Of a stretch of 64,000 nt of DNA, positions 43,938 to 53,255 are shown in pieces (position 1 is the stretch's first letter; each line of letters opens with the position of its first letter). This DNA comes from an uncultured Verrucomicrobiae bacterium (lineage in GTDB: Bacteria; Verrucomicrobiota; Verrucomicrobiia; Limisphaerales; JAFGQR01), in NCBI GenBank assembly GCA_963788655.1, contig CAWBHS010000072.1, positions 224,001-288,000 of the forward strand, written 5' to 3'. The notes under the pieces are model-generated. The model did no database searches. It was not told the DNA's origin and saw nothing but the letters and a program-made list of their open reading frames with translations. A program made the translations under genes and the position numbers.

Positions 43938-44432
43938 ATGGAAATAACGGAACAACCGGACCGGAAGAATCGCATCGATATTCCGTGGGATCTCGGCGAA
44001 TGGGTGGACAAATCCACGCTGGTGCGGTGGATTGTGGAGGATATCGAAACGCTGGATTGGGAGAATCCGGAGCTGAAAGAGTTGCTGCAACGGCGTCTGA
44101 ATTATCAGCCCCGGATGCTGCTGCAGTTGCTGACTTATGCCTACGCCACCGGGGCGTTTGGCGCGGATGAAGTTGAACTGGCTTTCTATGACAAAGCATT
44201 CGGTCCGTTGGGCTGGAACAAGCCGCCCAATCTCCGCGCCATCCAGCGGTTTCGGCGGGAGAATCGGGGGTTGATCAAATGGACTTTGGTGCAGTTGCTG
44301 CGGCGCGCCGTGCGCAGCAAGATCGAACTGGGCGACCGGCTGTTGCCGGGATTGCAGCGTTGCCTGGTGCAAAACGCCGTCGAGCGGCTGGATCTGGCCC
44401 GGTACGTGGACCTCGCGGCGGCGGAAGATTAG
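43938..44432 (+). CDS. Stand-alone protein resembling the N-terminal DUF772 domain of IS1182/IS5 transposases; no DDE domain
   Basis: YQPRMLLQLLTYAYATGAFGADEVE ... PNLRAIQRFRREN resembles the Y.P..LL.LL.YAY..G..SSR..E / PD..TI.RFR pattern. Confidence 0.65.
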   Translation: MEITEQPDRKNRIDIPWDLGEWVDKSTLVRWIVEDIETLDWENPELKELLQRRLNYQPRMLLQLLTYAYATGAFGADEVELAFYDKAFGPLGWNKPPNLRAIQRFRRENRGLIKWTLVQLLRRAVRSKIELGDRLLPGLQRCLVQNAVERLDLARYVDLAAAED

Positions 44433-44441
44433 GCGTCTGGT

Positions 44442-45071
44442 TCAAGCGCTTTTCAGCACGATCCGCGTCACGATGTTGCCGGCGTCGCGGCAGCGGTCGG
44501 TGACCTTTTCCACCAACTCGAACAAATCTTTCAGGAAGATGACCTTGGTGGCTTCGACGCGGCCGGAGTAAAGCTCCCGTAGTTGCTCCACGACAAACTT
44601 GTCGGCGTCGCCTTCGATCTTCTGGAGTTGGCCGTTCATCAGCCGGGCCTTTTCAAGGGTGATCCCTTGACGGAGTTGCCGGATCATTTCCATGAGCGTG
44701 CAAGTGGCCTTTTCCAGCATGTCCACCTGCGGTGAAATATCGATCGACTCAAACAATTGCGGGGCGAGCAAAAGCCGCTCGGCGATTTTCTCGATGGCCT
44801 TGGGGATTTTGTAGAGCAGATTGGACAAATCCTCAATGTCTTCCCGCTCCATGGTGGTGACGAAGTTGGTACAGAGCGCGTCGCAAATTTCGTAGGTGAT
44901 GGCCTTGTCCTTGCGCCGGGAGGCGATGAATTCGTCGAGCGTTTTGGCTTCCTTCGGGTTTTGCGAGAATTTCTTCAGGGACTGCACACTGTGACAGACT
45001 TCCTGAGCACTGGCCTCCAGCAGGTCGAAGAACCGGTCTTCTTTTCCCAATAATCGTTGTAGCGAAACCAT
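44442..45071 (-). CDS. DUF47 (PhoU-like, Pit accessory) protein, paralogue 1
   Basis: KEDRFFDLLE, FVTTMEREDI, IEGDAD, EKVTDRCRDAGNI. Confidence 0.92.
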   Translation of the reverse strand: MVSLQRLLGKEDRFFDLLEASAQEVCHSVQSLKKFSQNPKEAKTLDEFIASRRKDKAITYEICDALCTNFVTTMEREDIEDLSNLLYKIPKAIEKIAERLLLAPQLFESIDISPQVDMLEKATCTLMEMIRQLRQGITLEKARLMNGQLQKIEGDADKFVVEQLRELYSGRVEATKVIFLKDLFELVEKVTDRCRDAGNIVTRIVLKSA

Positions 45072-45180
45072 AACCAGGGATACCTAGCATATCCGACCGT
45101 CCGTTCACCACAAAAAACTGTGGGGGTGTGGTTGGGCTCGCGCGGTGCATCCCCAGGTTGTCGGTGACTCGGCCTCATCC

Positions 45181-45247
45181 GCCGCGTGGGCGCACGCGGC
45201 CTACAAGGAGAACGGCACTTGCCTGTAGGCCCGGTGCCCTCACCGGG
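45181..45247. repeat. REP-like palindromes (GTAGGCCCGGTGCCCTCACCGGG family)
   Basis: GCCGCGTGGGCGCACGCGGCCTACA and TGTAGGCCCGGTGCCCTCACCGGG lie back to back. Confidence 0.6.
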
Positions 45248-45494
45248 TGTCCGCTAGCGCCGCCATTCCTGTCGATTCGGATGCCGCGCCAACGTTCGAG
45301 CCGACGGGAATTTCGGCGCGCCATGGATTTGAGGTCGCTCGCGTTGCATTACGATCGGCCAATTTGTTCGTCGCTCGCGATGAATTTCATGGCGGAGTCT
45401 TCACGCGATACTTCGCGAAGTTGTCATTGCCCGTGGGCCGTTCCGGGTTTAGCCTGCCGGCCTTGAACCAGAAAAAGCGAATGCCCAGCTCACT

Positions 45495-46010
45495 ATGAAA
45501 ACGAACCATCTCAAACAACGGACTGACCCGATCAAGCCTGCCGCCGATAATGAACTTTTAGTAAGTTCCATACCTGATTTTCGACGGGTCTTGGTCCCCA
45601 TTGATTTTTCGGAGATGTCAGTTGAGGCGCTGAAGTATGCCGTTCGGTTTGCGAAAAAATTCGGAGCGGAACTGACGCTTGTGTTCGTCCTCGAACCGGC
45701 GCCCTTCATGGTGGACATGGAAAACAATCCCCTCGCCTTATCCGACCAACAGGCCATTGTGAAAGCCCAGACCAGACTGGAACTATTGGCGTCCGCTCAA
45801 AACTCACCCGAGCCGATAAAGGTCCTCGTTCGCCAAGGCAAACCCTTCCGGGCAATTGTCGAGGTGGCTGAAGAATTGGACACCGAACTGATCATCCTGC
45901 CCACGCATGGTCACACGGGGCTGAGCCATGTCCTGTTAGGGAGTGTGGCGGAGAAAGTCGCGGAACATGCGCCGTGCGCCGTGCTGATCTTGCGGAAGCA
46001 CGACCAGTAA
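45495..46010 (+). CDS. Universal stress protein (UspA family)
   Basis: RRVLVPIDFSEMS, THGHTGLSHVLLGSVAEKV..APCAVLIL. Confidence 0.93.
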   Translation: MKTNHLKQRTDPIKPAADNELLVSSIPDFRRVLVPIDFSEMSVEALKYAVRFAKKFGAELTLVFVLEPAPFMVDMENNPLALSDQQAIVKAQTRLELLASAQNSPEPIKVLVRQGKPFRAIVEVAEELDTELIILPTHGHTGLSHVLLGSVAEKVAEHAPCAVLILRKHDQ

Positions 46011-46096
46011 TCCGGACCAGGGCTGGGCCGGACTGGTGCCGGTGGGCGCCTTTCACTGGCCCGTGGAACCCGCTCCAGAGGTCGCGTCGCGTCGCC

Positions 46097-47167
46097 TTAC
46101 ACCAGTCCGCTGGCGTGGCAGAGCTTGAGCAGGACATAGCCGAGCAACGCGGTCACGGGCAGGGTAAGCACCCAGGCCCAGACGATGCGGCCCATGACAT
46201 GCCACTTGACGGCGTTGAGCCGTTTGGTGGCGCCGACGCCCATGATCGAGGTGGAAATGACGTGCGTAGTGGACAGGGGCATGCCCCACAGACTGGCCAC
46301 ATTGATCACTGCGGCCGCCGTTGTTTGCGCCGCAAATCCGTGAATCGGCTGAAGTCTTACCAACTTGGTGCCCATGGTGCGGATGATGCGCCAACCGCCC
46401 GTGGCGATGCCGGCGCCCATGACTGTCGCACAAGCGACTTTGACCCAAATTTCGATTTTAAAATCGGGAGTATGCATCCAGTTCATCCATCCCGGCAAAT
46501 GCTCCAACGCTCCGGACTTGGTGCCCGTCCATAGCGTCAGGGCGATGATCCCCATCGTCTTTTGGGCATCATTCAGTCCGTGGCAAAAACTCATCCAAGC
46601 GGCACTGGCCACCTGGGCCTTGCCGAAAACCCGGTTGAGCTTATGCGGGCGCCAACCGCGGAAAAGGGCGACCAGCAGTCCCATGAAGAGGAATCCGATC
46701 ACGGTTCCGCAAATCGGCGAGATAAGCATCGGCAGGATGACTTTGTGGAGCAGGCCCAGCGTATGGTGGGTCGCCGGGTCCACCACGGACCATTTAATGA
46801 CGTGCCAATCCCCGTTTACGGTGGCGACCGCCGCCCCGCACAATCCGCCAATGAGCGCGTGGCTGGAACTGGAGGGCAAGCCGAGCCACCAAGTGATCAG
46901 GTTCCAAATGATGGCCGCCAGCAGGGCCGCCATAATGGTGATCAGGGTGACGCTCCGTTCCTCGACGACGCCCACGGCAATCGTGGTGGCAACCGCTGTG
47001 CCGGCCAGCGCCCCGAGCAGGTCACACGTCGCCGCCATCGTCACGGCCTGGCGCGCGGTCAGTACTTTGGTGGCAACGCTGGTGGCAATGGCGTTGGCCG
47101 CATCGTGAAAACCGTTGACATATTCGAAGGCGAGCGCGACGAGAATCAAAAAGAGAATGAAGAGCAT
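46097..47167 (-). CDS. Inorganic phosphate transporter, PiT family (paralogue 1)
   Basis: NGFHDAANAIAT, GLPSSSSHALIGG, HGLNDAQKTMG, PLSTTH. Confidence 0.95.
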   Translation of the reverse strand: MLFILFLILVALAFEYVNGFHDAANAIATSVATKVLTARQAVTMAATCDLLGALAGTAVATTIAVGVVEERSVTLITIMAALLAAIIWNLITWWLGLPSSSSHALIGGLCGAAVATVNGDWHVIKWSVVDPATHHTLGLLHKVILPMLISPICGTVIGFLFMGLLVALFRGWRPHKLNRVFGKAQVASAAWMSFCHGLNDAQKTMGIIALTLWTGTKSGALEHLPGWMNWMHTPDFKIEIWVKVACATVMGAGIATGGWRIIRTMGTKLVRLQPIHGFAAQTTAAAVINVASLWGMPLSTTHVISTSIMGVGATKRLNAVKWHVMGRIVWAWVLTLPVTALLGYVLLKLCHASGLV

Positions 47168-47179
47168 GGCGCCGCGGGC

Positions 47180-47809
47180 TTACGAGTGCTTGAGCACGAT
47201 GTGGAAAACGATGTTGCCCACATCCCGGCAGCGATCAAATACCTTTTCCAGCAACTCGAGCAAATCCTTCATCACGATGACCTTCTTGCCCTCGTGTTCG
47301 CCGGTGTAAAGCTCTTGAAGGGAATCGAGCATCAGCTTGTCGGCTTCGCCTTCAATCGTCTGCAACCGGTCGTTTTGCAGTTTGACGGTTTCCAAGTTAA
47401 CTCCTTTGCGCAGTTCCTTGACCATGAGCACCACCACTTCGGCAGCCTGGTAAAGCAGTTTGACGTGCTGGGAGAGATCCACACCTTTCGTGAATTTGCC
47501 CGAAAGCAAGTAACGCTCGCCAAATTTTTCAGAGTTCTTGGGAATTTTGTAAAGCGCACTGGAAAGAGCTTCGATGTCCTCTCGCTCCAGAGGAGTGACA
47601 AACGTCTTGCACAGGTGCTCGGTCAACTCTTGCGAGAGTCGTTTTTCTTTGCGCCGGGCATTGACGAAGGATTCCAACGAATGATTCGCCTCCGGGGCAT
47701 TCAACATGGCCGTCAAACTCTCGATGGCGGCACGAGCTTCTTCCGCACTACCTTCCATTAACCGGAAGAATTTGTCGTCTTTGCTTAAAAGTCGTTGCAG
47801 GGAAAACAT
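47180..47809 (-). CDS. DUF47 protein, paralogue 2
   Basis: KDDKFF, TFVTPLEREDI, IEGEAD, EKVFDRCRDVGNI. Confidence 0.93.
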   Translation of the reverse strand: MFSLQRLLSKDDKFFRLMEGSAEEARAAIESLTAMLNAPEANHSLESFVNARRKEKRLSQELTEHLCKTFVTPLEREDIEALSSALYKIPKNSEKFGERYLLSGKFTKGVDLSQHVKLLYQAAEVVVLMVKELRKGVNLETVKLQNDRLQTIEGEADKLMLDSLQELYTGEHEGKKVIVMKDLLELLEKVFDRCRDVGNIVFHIVLKHS

Positions 47810-47823
47810 AACTAGGGAGATTT

Positions 47824-47840
47824 TTTACATAATCGTAACA
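47824..47840. promoter_or_regulatory. Candidate Pho-box-like operator (two hexamers 11 bp apart)
   Basis: TTTACA(47824)-N5-GTAACA(47835); same offset from the DUF47 start codon as the site at 50840. Confidence 0.5.
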
Positions 47841-47983
47841 AAAGCGCACGTACTTTTTTTGAAACAGATTTCCAGCGATTCGGTGGTAGAGAGTCCCGCC
47901 GATCTGGCGACAGAAACCACCTTCGATATTGGCGTCGGGAATGACGATTGGCGGGATTGGGAAACTGACAGTCTCCCGACGGG

Positions 47984-49057
47984 TCAGTGTGCCCAGCCCA
48001 ACAGGAGCAGCACCCGCAGGCAAAGATAGCCCAACAATGCAGTGATGGGCAGCGTGAGCACCCAGGCCCAGACCATCCGGCCTACCACGCCCCATTTCAC
48101 TGCACTCAGACGCTTGGTGGCGCCCACGCCCATGATGGAGCCGGAGATCACGTGCGTTGTGGAGAGGGGCATGCCGAAGTGCGTGGCCGCCTCAATCACC
48201 GCCGCAGCGGTGGTTTGGGCGGCACAGCCATGGATGGTTTGCATCCGCACCACTTTATGTCCCATGGTCTTGATGATGCGCCAGCCGCCCGCCGCCGTGC
48301 CGGCCGCCATGGAGATGGCGCAGACCACTTTGATCCAAACCGCGACGTCAAACGTGGGCATTTTCAAAAAGGATAGCCAGGCCGGCAAATCATCAAGCAC
48401 TTTGGATTGGGTGGCCGTAAACAAGGTCAAGGTGATAATCCCCATGGTTTTTTGGGCATCGTTGGTTCCGTGACTGAAACTCATCCACGAAGAACTAAGC
48501 CATTGTAACTGACCGAACGTGCGGTTCACGCGATTCGGCTTGGCGCTGCGAAGAAAATACAAGAGCAGGCCCATGACCATGAAGCCGACCAACAAGCCCA
48601 CCACTGGCGCAATGAACATGGGCGCGATCACCTTGGGAATCAATCCGGACCACTGGTGTTTGGTTTCGTCAAAGAACGCCCACTTTATGACGCCAAGGTC
48701 GCCCTGGGCCGAGGCGAGCGCGGCGCCACACAGCCCGCCAATGAGCGCGTGGCTGGAACTGGAAGGCAATCCGATCCACCAAGTGAGCAAATTCCAGACA
48801 ATGGCACCAAGGAGCCCGCACAGGATGGTGTATTCACTGATGGAACTGGCGTCCACCAGATCCTTGCCAATCGTTTTGGCGACCGCGGTGAACGCCAGCG
48901 CGCCGAGGAGGTTGAAGCTGGAGGCCAGAATAATGGCCTGGCGCGGGGTCATCACTTTGGTGGAAACCGAAGTGGCGATGGCGTTGGCCGTGTCGTGAAA
49001 GCCGTTGATGTATTCAAACGTCAGCGCAATCAGGATTACAAAGAGTATCAGGATCAT
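47984..49057 (-). CDS. Inorganic phosphate transporter, PiT family (paralogue 2)
   Basis: NGFHDTANAIAT, HGTNDAQKTMG, PLSTTH. Confidence 0.95.
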   Translation of the reverse strand: MILILFVILIALTFEYINGFHDTANAIATSVSTKVMTPRQAIILASSFNLLGALAFTAVAKTIGKDLVDASSISEYTILCGLLGAIVWNLLTWWIGLPSSSSHALIGGLCGAALASAQGDLGVIKWAFFDETKHQWSGLIPKVIAPMFIAPVVGLLVGFMVMGLLLYFLRSAKPNRVNRTFGQLQWLSSSWMSFSHGTNDAQKTMGIITLTLFTATQSKVLDDLPAWLSFLKMPTFDVAVWIKVVCAISMAAGTAAGGWRIIKTMGHKVVRMQTIHGCAAQTTAAAVIEAATHFGMPLSTTHVISGSIMGVGATKRLSAVKWGVVGRMVWAWVLTLPITALLGYLCLRVLLLLGWAH

Positions 49058-49084
49058 GGTTTTGTGTGCGTCGGTGCTGGCAAC

Positions 49085-50176
49085 CTATTTCCATCCGAGG
49101 GCGCGAAAGAGCAGCATGGCCAGGTAGGCGACCAAGGCCGATACCGGCAGGGTAAAGACCCAGGCCCAGATGATTTTTTCAACCACCCCCATGCGGAGCG
49201 CGCGAAAGCGCCGCGAAGCGCCGACGCCGGCCACGGCGGCTGTGATGGTGTGGGTGGTGGAAACCGGAAAGCCCCACGCGGCCGCGACAGTGAGGACCGT
49301 GGCGGCGGTGGTTTCGGCCGCAAAACCGTGAATGGGTTTCAAGTCGGTAATCCGCCGCCCCAGGGTTTGAATAATACGCCACCCGCCGGCCGCAGTGCCG
49401 GCTGCCAGCGCGACCGCGCAGGCGACCTTCAGCCACGCAGAAATGGCCAAAGCTTCTCCGGGCGGGGCTTCGGACATCTTGAGGAAATTGAGCCAGGCAG
49501 GAATGTGGTCAAAGGTGCCTGCCTTGGTCGCCGCCACCAAAGCCAACACCATCACCCCGAGGGTCTTTTGTGCATCGTTATGACCGTGCGCGAAGCCAAT
49601 GAATCCGCCGCTGAAGATCTGGCACTTGCCGAACACCCGGTCCACTTTCTCGACCCGCCAGTTCCGGAGCAACCAATAGAGGAGGCCGCTGGCAAGGAAC
49701 GCGCCAACCAAACCCAGCAGCGGCGAGACAAACATGGGAATGATCACTTTGAAAAGCAGGCCGTTTCCCTGCCACCAATGCAGCCCGCCGGAAGCGGTCC
49801 AGATGATTTCGTTCCAATTACTGTGGGCCGCCGCCAGCGCGGCACCGCACAGACCTCCAATAAGCGCATGACTGGAGCTCACGGGCAAGCCCCACCACCA
49901 AGTCATCAGATCCCACACAATGGCCCCGAGCAGGGCGCAAATAATGGTGTTGGTGGTGATGATGCTGGCGCCGACCAGGTCGTGTGCCATCGTCTCCGCC
50001 ACGGCCGTTCCGATCAAGGCGCCGACCAGGTTGGTGACGGTTGCCAGCACAATGGCCTGGCGGGGGGTTAGCGCCCGCGTGGCCACCACCGTGGCGATTG
50101 AGTTTGACGTGTCGTGGAAACCATTGATGTAAACGAATACCAAGGCCAGCAGAACGAGAATGATAATGGCGGTCAT
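49085..50176 (-). CDS. Inorganic phosphate transporter, PiT family (paralogue 3)
   Basis: NGFHDTSNSIAT, HGHNDAQKTLG, PVSTTH. Confidence 0.95.
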   Translation of the reverse strand: MTAIIILVLLALVFVYINGFHDTSNSIATVVATRALTPRQAIVLATVTNLVGALIGTAVAETMAHDLVGASIITTNTIICALLGAIVWDLMTWWWGLPVSSSHALIGGLCGAALAAAHSNWNEIIWTASGGLHWWQGNGLLFKVIIPMFVSPLLGLVGAFLASGLLYWLLRNWRVEKVDRVFGKCQIFSGGFIGFAHGHNDAQKTLGVMVLALVAATKAGTFDHIPAWLNFLKMSEAPPGEALAISAWLKVACAVALAAGTAAGGWRIIQTLGRRITDLKPIHGFAAETTAATVLTVAAAWGFPVSTTHTITAAVAGVGASRRFRALRMGVVEKIIWAWVFTLPVSALVAYLAMLLFRALGWK

Positions 50177-50195
50177 GACCGGAAAGGATTGGCGG

Positions 50196-50825
50196 TTAAG
50201 AGTTCTTCAGCACGATTTGAAAAATGATGTTGCCGGCGTTGCGGCAGCGGTCGAATACCTTTTCCAATATCTCGTAAAGGTCCTTTAGGATGACCACCCT
50301 GACGATGTCCTCTTCCTCCCCGTAGAGATGCTCCAATTCTGCCACCAGCAGCTTGTCGGCCTCGCCTTCCACTTTTTGCAGAGCGTCATTGTTGGCCTTG
50401 GTGCGCGAGAGATTAGGGCCTTTTTTCAAATCCGTTACCATCCGGTAAACCGTTTCCTCGGCAGTTTCGAGCATCTTGACGTGTTGCGAGAAACTCACGT
50501 CGCGGATTTTGGGCGCACTTAACAAGTAGCGTTCGGCGAATTTTTTGGTGGTCTTGGGAATGCGGTATAAGGCCCGGGCCAGCATCTCAATATCCTCGCG
50601 ATCCAGCGGCGTCGCGTAGCTGTCGCACAGCAATTGGTCGATCTCGGCGCCGATTTGCTGCTCCTGGTCGCGGGCGTGCAAAAAATCCTGAAGCCCCGGG
50701 GTGTCTTCAGTGGCGTTCAGGAGTTCGCCGAGCGCTTTTATGCTGGCTCGTCCTGCGTCGGAACTGGCTTGCAGCAAGCTGAAAAATTTATCTTCTTTGC
50801 TGAATAGCTTCTTCAGGGAAAACAT
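50196..50825 (-). CDS. DUF47 protein, paralogue 3
   Basis: KEDKFF, TPLDREDI, VEGEAD, EKVFDRCRNAGNI. Confidence 0.93.
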   Translation of the reverse strand: MFSLKKLFSKEDKFFSLLQASSDAGRASIKALGELLNATEDTPGLQDFLHARDQEQQIGAEIDQLLCDSYATPLDREDIEMLARALYRIPKTTKKFAERYLLSAPKIRDVSFSQHVKMLETAEETVYRMVTDLKKGPNLSRTKANNDALQKVEGEADKLLVAELEHLYGEEEDIVRVVILKDLYEILEKVFDRCRNAGNIIFQIVLKNS

Positions 50826-50839
50826 ATCGGCCTTATTCT

Positions 50840-51045
50840 TTCACAAGATTGTTACAAAAATTCAAAATCAGATTTGTGACAAATAGGTTACGGTCAGATG
50901 GCGGTCGAGTTACAAGTCCTAAATTCATTGGGTTTTTACGATTCCGGAAAGAATTGATTGACGCTTGCAAACCTGCAAACCATTGTCCCAGTCATCAAAC
51001 AACACCGTTGCGAGAATGTTACAAAGCCGACATTTGGACGTAACA
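50840..51045. promoter_or_regulatory. Divergent promoter region with GTTACA-like hexamers on an 11/22-bp period (candidate Pho boxes)
   Basis: TTCACA 50840 / GTTACA 50851; GTGACA 50876 / GTTACG 50887 / GTTACA 50909; GTTGCG 51007 / GTTACA 51018 / GTAACA 51040; AT-rich. Confidence 0.55.
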
Positions 51046-51067
51046 AATAACTGCGAAAGAAAGGTGC

Positions 51068-52168
51068 GTGAACTCAATGCCAACTCATTTTGAGATAACA
51101 TTACAGCGCGACACGGATCGGATTCGCCAGAAACTCCTGGCCATGTGCGGCCTTTGCGAACAGGCCATTCAGACGTGCGTCAAAGCCCTGGCCGAGCGAA
51201 ACCGGCAGGTCGCCTACGCGGTCATCATTCGCGACCAATACATCGACGCGATGGAGAAAGAGGTGGATCGGCTCTGTCTCGAATTCCTCGTCCGTCAACA
51301 GCCCGTGGCCGCTTCGCTGCGCTTCGCGTACAGCACCATCAAGGTCAATCTCGAACTCGAGCGCATCGGCGACTATACCGAAAGCATTGCCCGGCAGACG
51401 TTGAAATTGATCCCGATGGATGTGCAGATTCCCACCGAGCGTTACCAGGAGATTGCCCAGTTGTCGCTGGCCATGTTGCACGACGCGATCAAGGCCTTCG
51501 TGGATCGCGATGAAGAACTGGCCCGGAAGACCATTCAGACCGAAGAATCGGTGGACCAGCTCAAGAGCAAGCTCAACAAGGACTTGGTCGGTTATTTCCA
51601 GGATCAGAAAATCCCCTTCGAGGCGCTCAATCCGCTGATGATGATCACCCGCCACTTGGAACGGATTTCCGACCAGGCGCGTAACATCAGCCTGGAAGCG
51701 CTGTATGTGGGCACCGGTGAGGATGCCAAACATCAGGGGGCGGACGTGGTAAGGGTATTGTTCGTCGATGAACACAATTCCTGCCGCAGTCAAATGGCCG
51801 AGGCCATCGCGAACGGATTGAACCAACCGCGGTTTGTCTTCGCCAGCGCCGGTCTGGAGCCGAAGCCCATCGAGCCGGCGACGAAGGAGTTCATGAAATC
51901 CAAGGGCTTCGAAGTGTCGCACCTGGCCTCCAAGGCGGTCAGTCAGGTGCCCAACCTCGACCATTTTCAAGTGGTGGTGGCTCTGGCCAAAGCTGCCCGG
52001 TCGGCGTTTCCCGCCAATGTGCGCAACTTGGTTTTCCTGGACTGGGCCATCCAGGATCCTTCCGCGATGGAAGGCAGTCCGGAGCAGGTCAAAACCGCCT
52101 ACGAAGAAACCTTCCGCTTTATCGAAGAACACCTCAAAGATTTGATTGGAGCCATTTCGGGACAATAA
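51068..52168 (+). CDS. phoU: PhoU fused to a C-terminal ArsC/LMW-PTP-fold domain lacking the catalytic cysteines
   Basis: DQYIDAMEKEVD, ELERIGDY, HLERISD (PhoU); then VLFVDEHNSCRSQMAEA..SAGLEP..DWAIQDPS (ArsC/LMW-PTP fold). Confidence 0.9.
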   Translation: MNSMPTHFEITLQRDTDRIRQKLLAMCGLCEQAIQTCVKALAERNRQVAYAVIIRDQYIDAMEKEVDRLCLEFLVRQQPVAASLRFAYSTIKVNLELERIGDYTESIARQTLKLIPMDVQIPTERYQEIAQLSLAMLHDAIKAFVDRDEELARKTIQTEESVDQLKSKLNKDLVGYFQDQKIPFEALNPLMMITRHLERISDQARNISLEALYVGTGEDAKHQGADVVRVLFVDEHNSCRSQMAEAIANGLNQPRFVFASAGLEPKPIEPATKEFMKSKGFEVSHLASKAVSQVPNLDHFQVVVALAKAARSAFPANVRNLVFLDWAIQDPSAMEGSPEQVKTAYEETFRFIEEHLKDLIGAISGQ

Positions 52169-52191
52169 ACCAAAGAACGAACGAATAAATT

Positions 52192-53115
52192 ATGAGCAAA
52201 AATACAACCATACGATGGAGCCTCCGGCTGTGCGCCGCGATGGCAGCAACCGCATGCCTGATCCAAACCGGCTGCAAACCTAAAGAAGGGGGCGAGGGCG
52301 GCACCGGCAAAACAACGATTCAAGTCAAAGGCTCGGATACGATGGTAAACCTGGCACAGTCCTGGGCGGAAGCGTACAAGAAGGTCAATCCCGACGTGGA
52401 GGTGGAAGTCTCTGGCGGTGGCAGCGGCGTGGGCATCGCGGCGCTGATCAAGGGAGGGGTGGACATTGCGAACGCCAGTCGCGACATGAAGGCCCCCGAA
52501 ATTGAGCAGGCCAAACAGAACACCGGGAAGACGCCCAAGGAAACCATTGTCGGCTACGACGGGCTGGGCATTTACGTCAACAAAGATAATCCGCTGGACG
52601 CAATCAGCGAAGAGAAACTGGCCCAGATTTACGAGGAAGGCGGCAAGATCACCAAGTGGTCGCAATTGGGCATCAAAGTGCCTGGTTGTGACAGCGATGA
52701 AATTGTCGTGGTCAGCCGCCAGTCCAGCTCGGGCACCTACGAATTCCTGCGGGAACACGTGCTTAAGAACAAGGACTACCGGATGGGCACAAAAGACATG
52801 AATGGTTCCAAGGAAGTGGTCGAACTGGTGGGCAGCACGCCTTGCGCGATCGGTTACAGCGGCATGGGCTACGCCACCCCGGCGGTCAAAATGCTGAAGA
52901 TCTCGGCGACGGAAGGCGCCCCGGCGGTCGCGCCATCGGTGGAAAATACCATGAGCAAGAAATACCCCATCGCCCGTTCCCTCAACTGCTACACGCTCGG
53001 CGAACCGCAAGGCGAAGTGAAGAAATACCTGGATTGGATCAACTCCGATGCCGGGCAGAAGATTGTGGTTGATACCGGTTACGTTCCGCTGAAACCGGAG
53101 GACCGTACCAAGTAA
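52192..53115 (+). CDS. pstS: Phosphate ABC transporter substrate-binding lipoprotein
   Basis: Lipobox IQTGC; KGSDTM, GGGSGVGI, IANASR, SRQSSSGT, YPIAR. Confidence 0.95.
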   Translation: MSKNTTIRWSLRLCAAMAATACLIQTGCKPKEGGEGGTGKTTIQVKGSDTMVNLAQSWAEAYKKVNPDVEVEVSGGGSGVGIAALIKGGVDIANASRDMKAPEIEQAKQNTGKTPKETIVGYDGLGIYVNKDNPLDAISEEKLAQIYEEGGKITKWSQLGIKVPGCDSDEIVVVSRQSSSGTYEFLREHVLKNKDYRMGTKDMNGSKEVVELVGSTPCAIGYSGMGYATPAVKMLKISATEGAPAVAPSVENTMSKKYPIARSLNCYTLGEPQGEVKKYLDWINSDAGQKIVVDTGYVPLKPEDRTK

Positions 53116-53135
53116 GTTTTTTTCGGTATTCACCG

Positions 53136-53227
53136 GGTACGATGAGAGGCGCACGGCGATAATCGATCAGGGCTTAGCGCCCTCCTTTCGCCAGGCTGAG
53201 GTAACTTGCCGGCGCCCTCATCGTGCC
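53136..53227 (+). other. Long stem-loop between pstS and pstC
   Basis: GGTACGATGAGAGGCGC ... GCGCCCTCATCGTGCC are complementary with one bulge and one G-U pair. Confidence 0.5.
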
Positions 53228-53255
53228 TTGACGCTGGCCGGAATTTGACGATGAC

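Noticed and set aside
43917..44432. Intact insertion sequence
   Set aside because: No DDE catalytic domain, terminal inverted repeats or target duplication were found.
51750..52168. Functional arsenate reductase or arsenic-resistance locus
   Set aside because: The nucleophilic and resolving cysteines are missing, and no arsR, acr3 or arsB gene is in the window.
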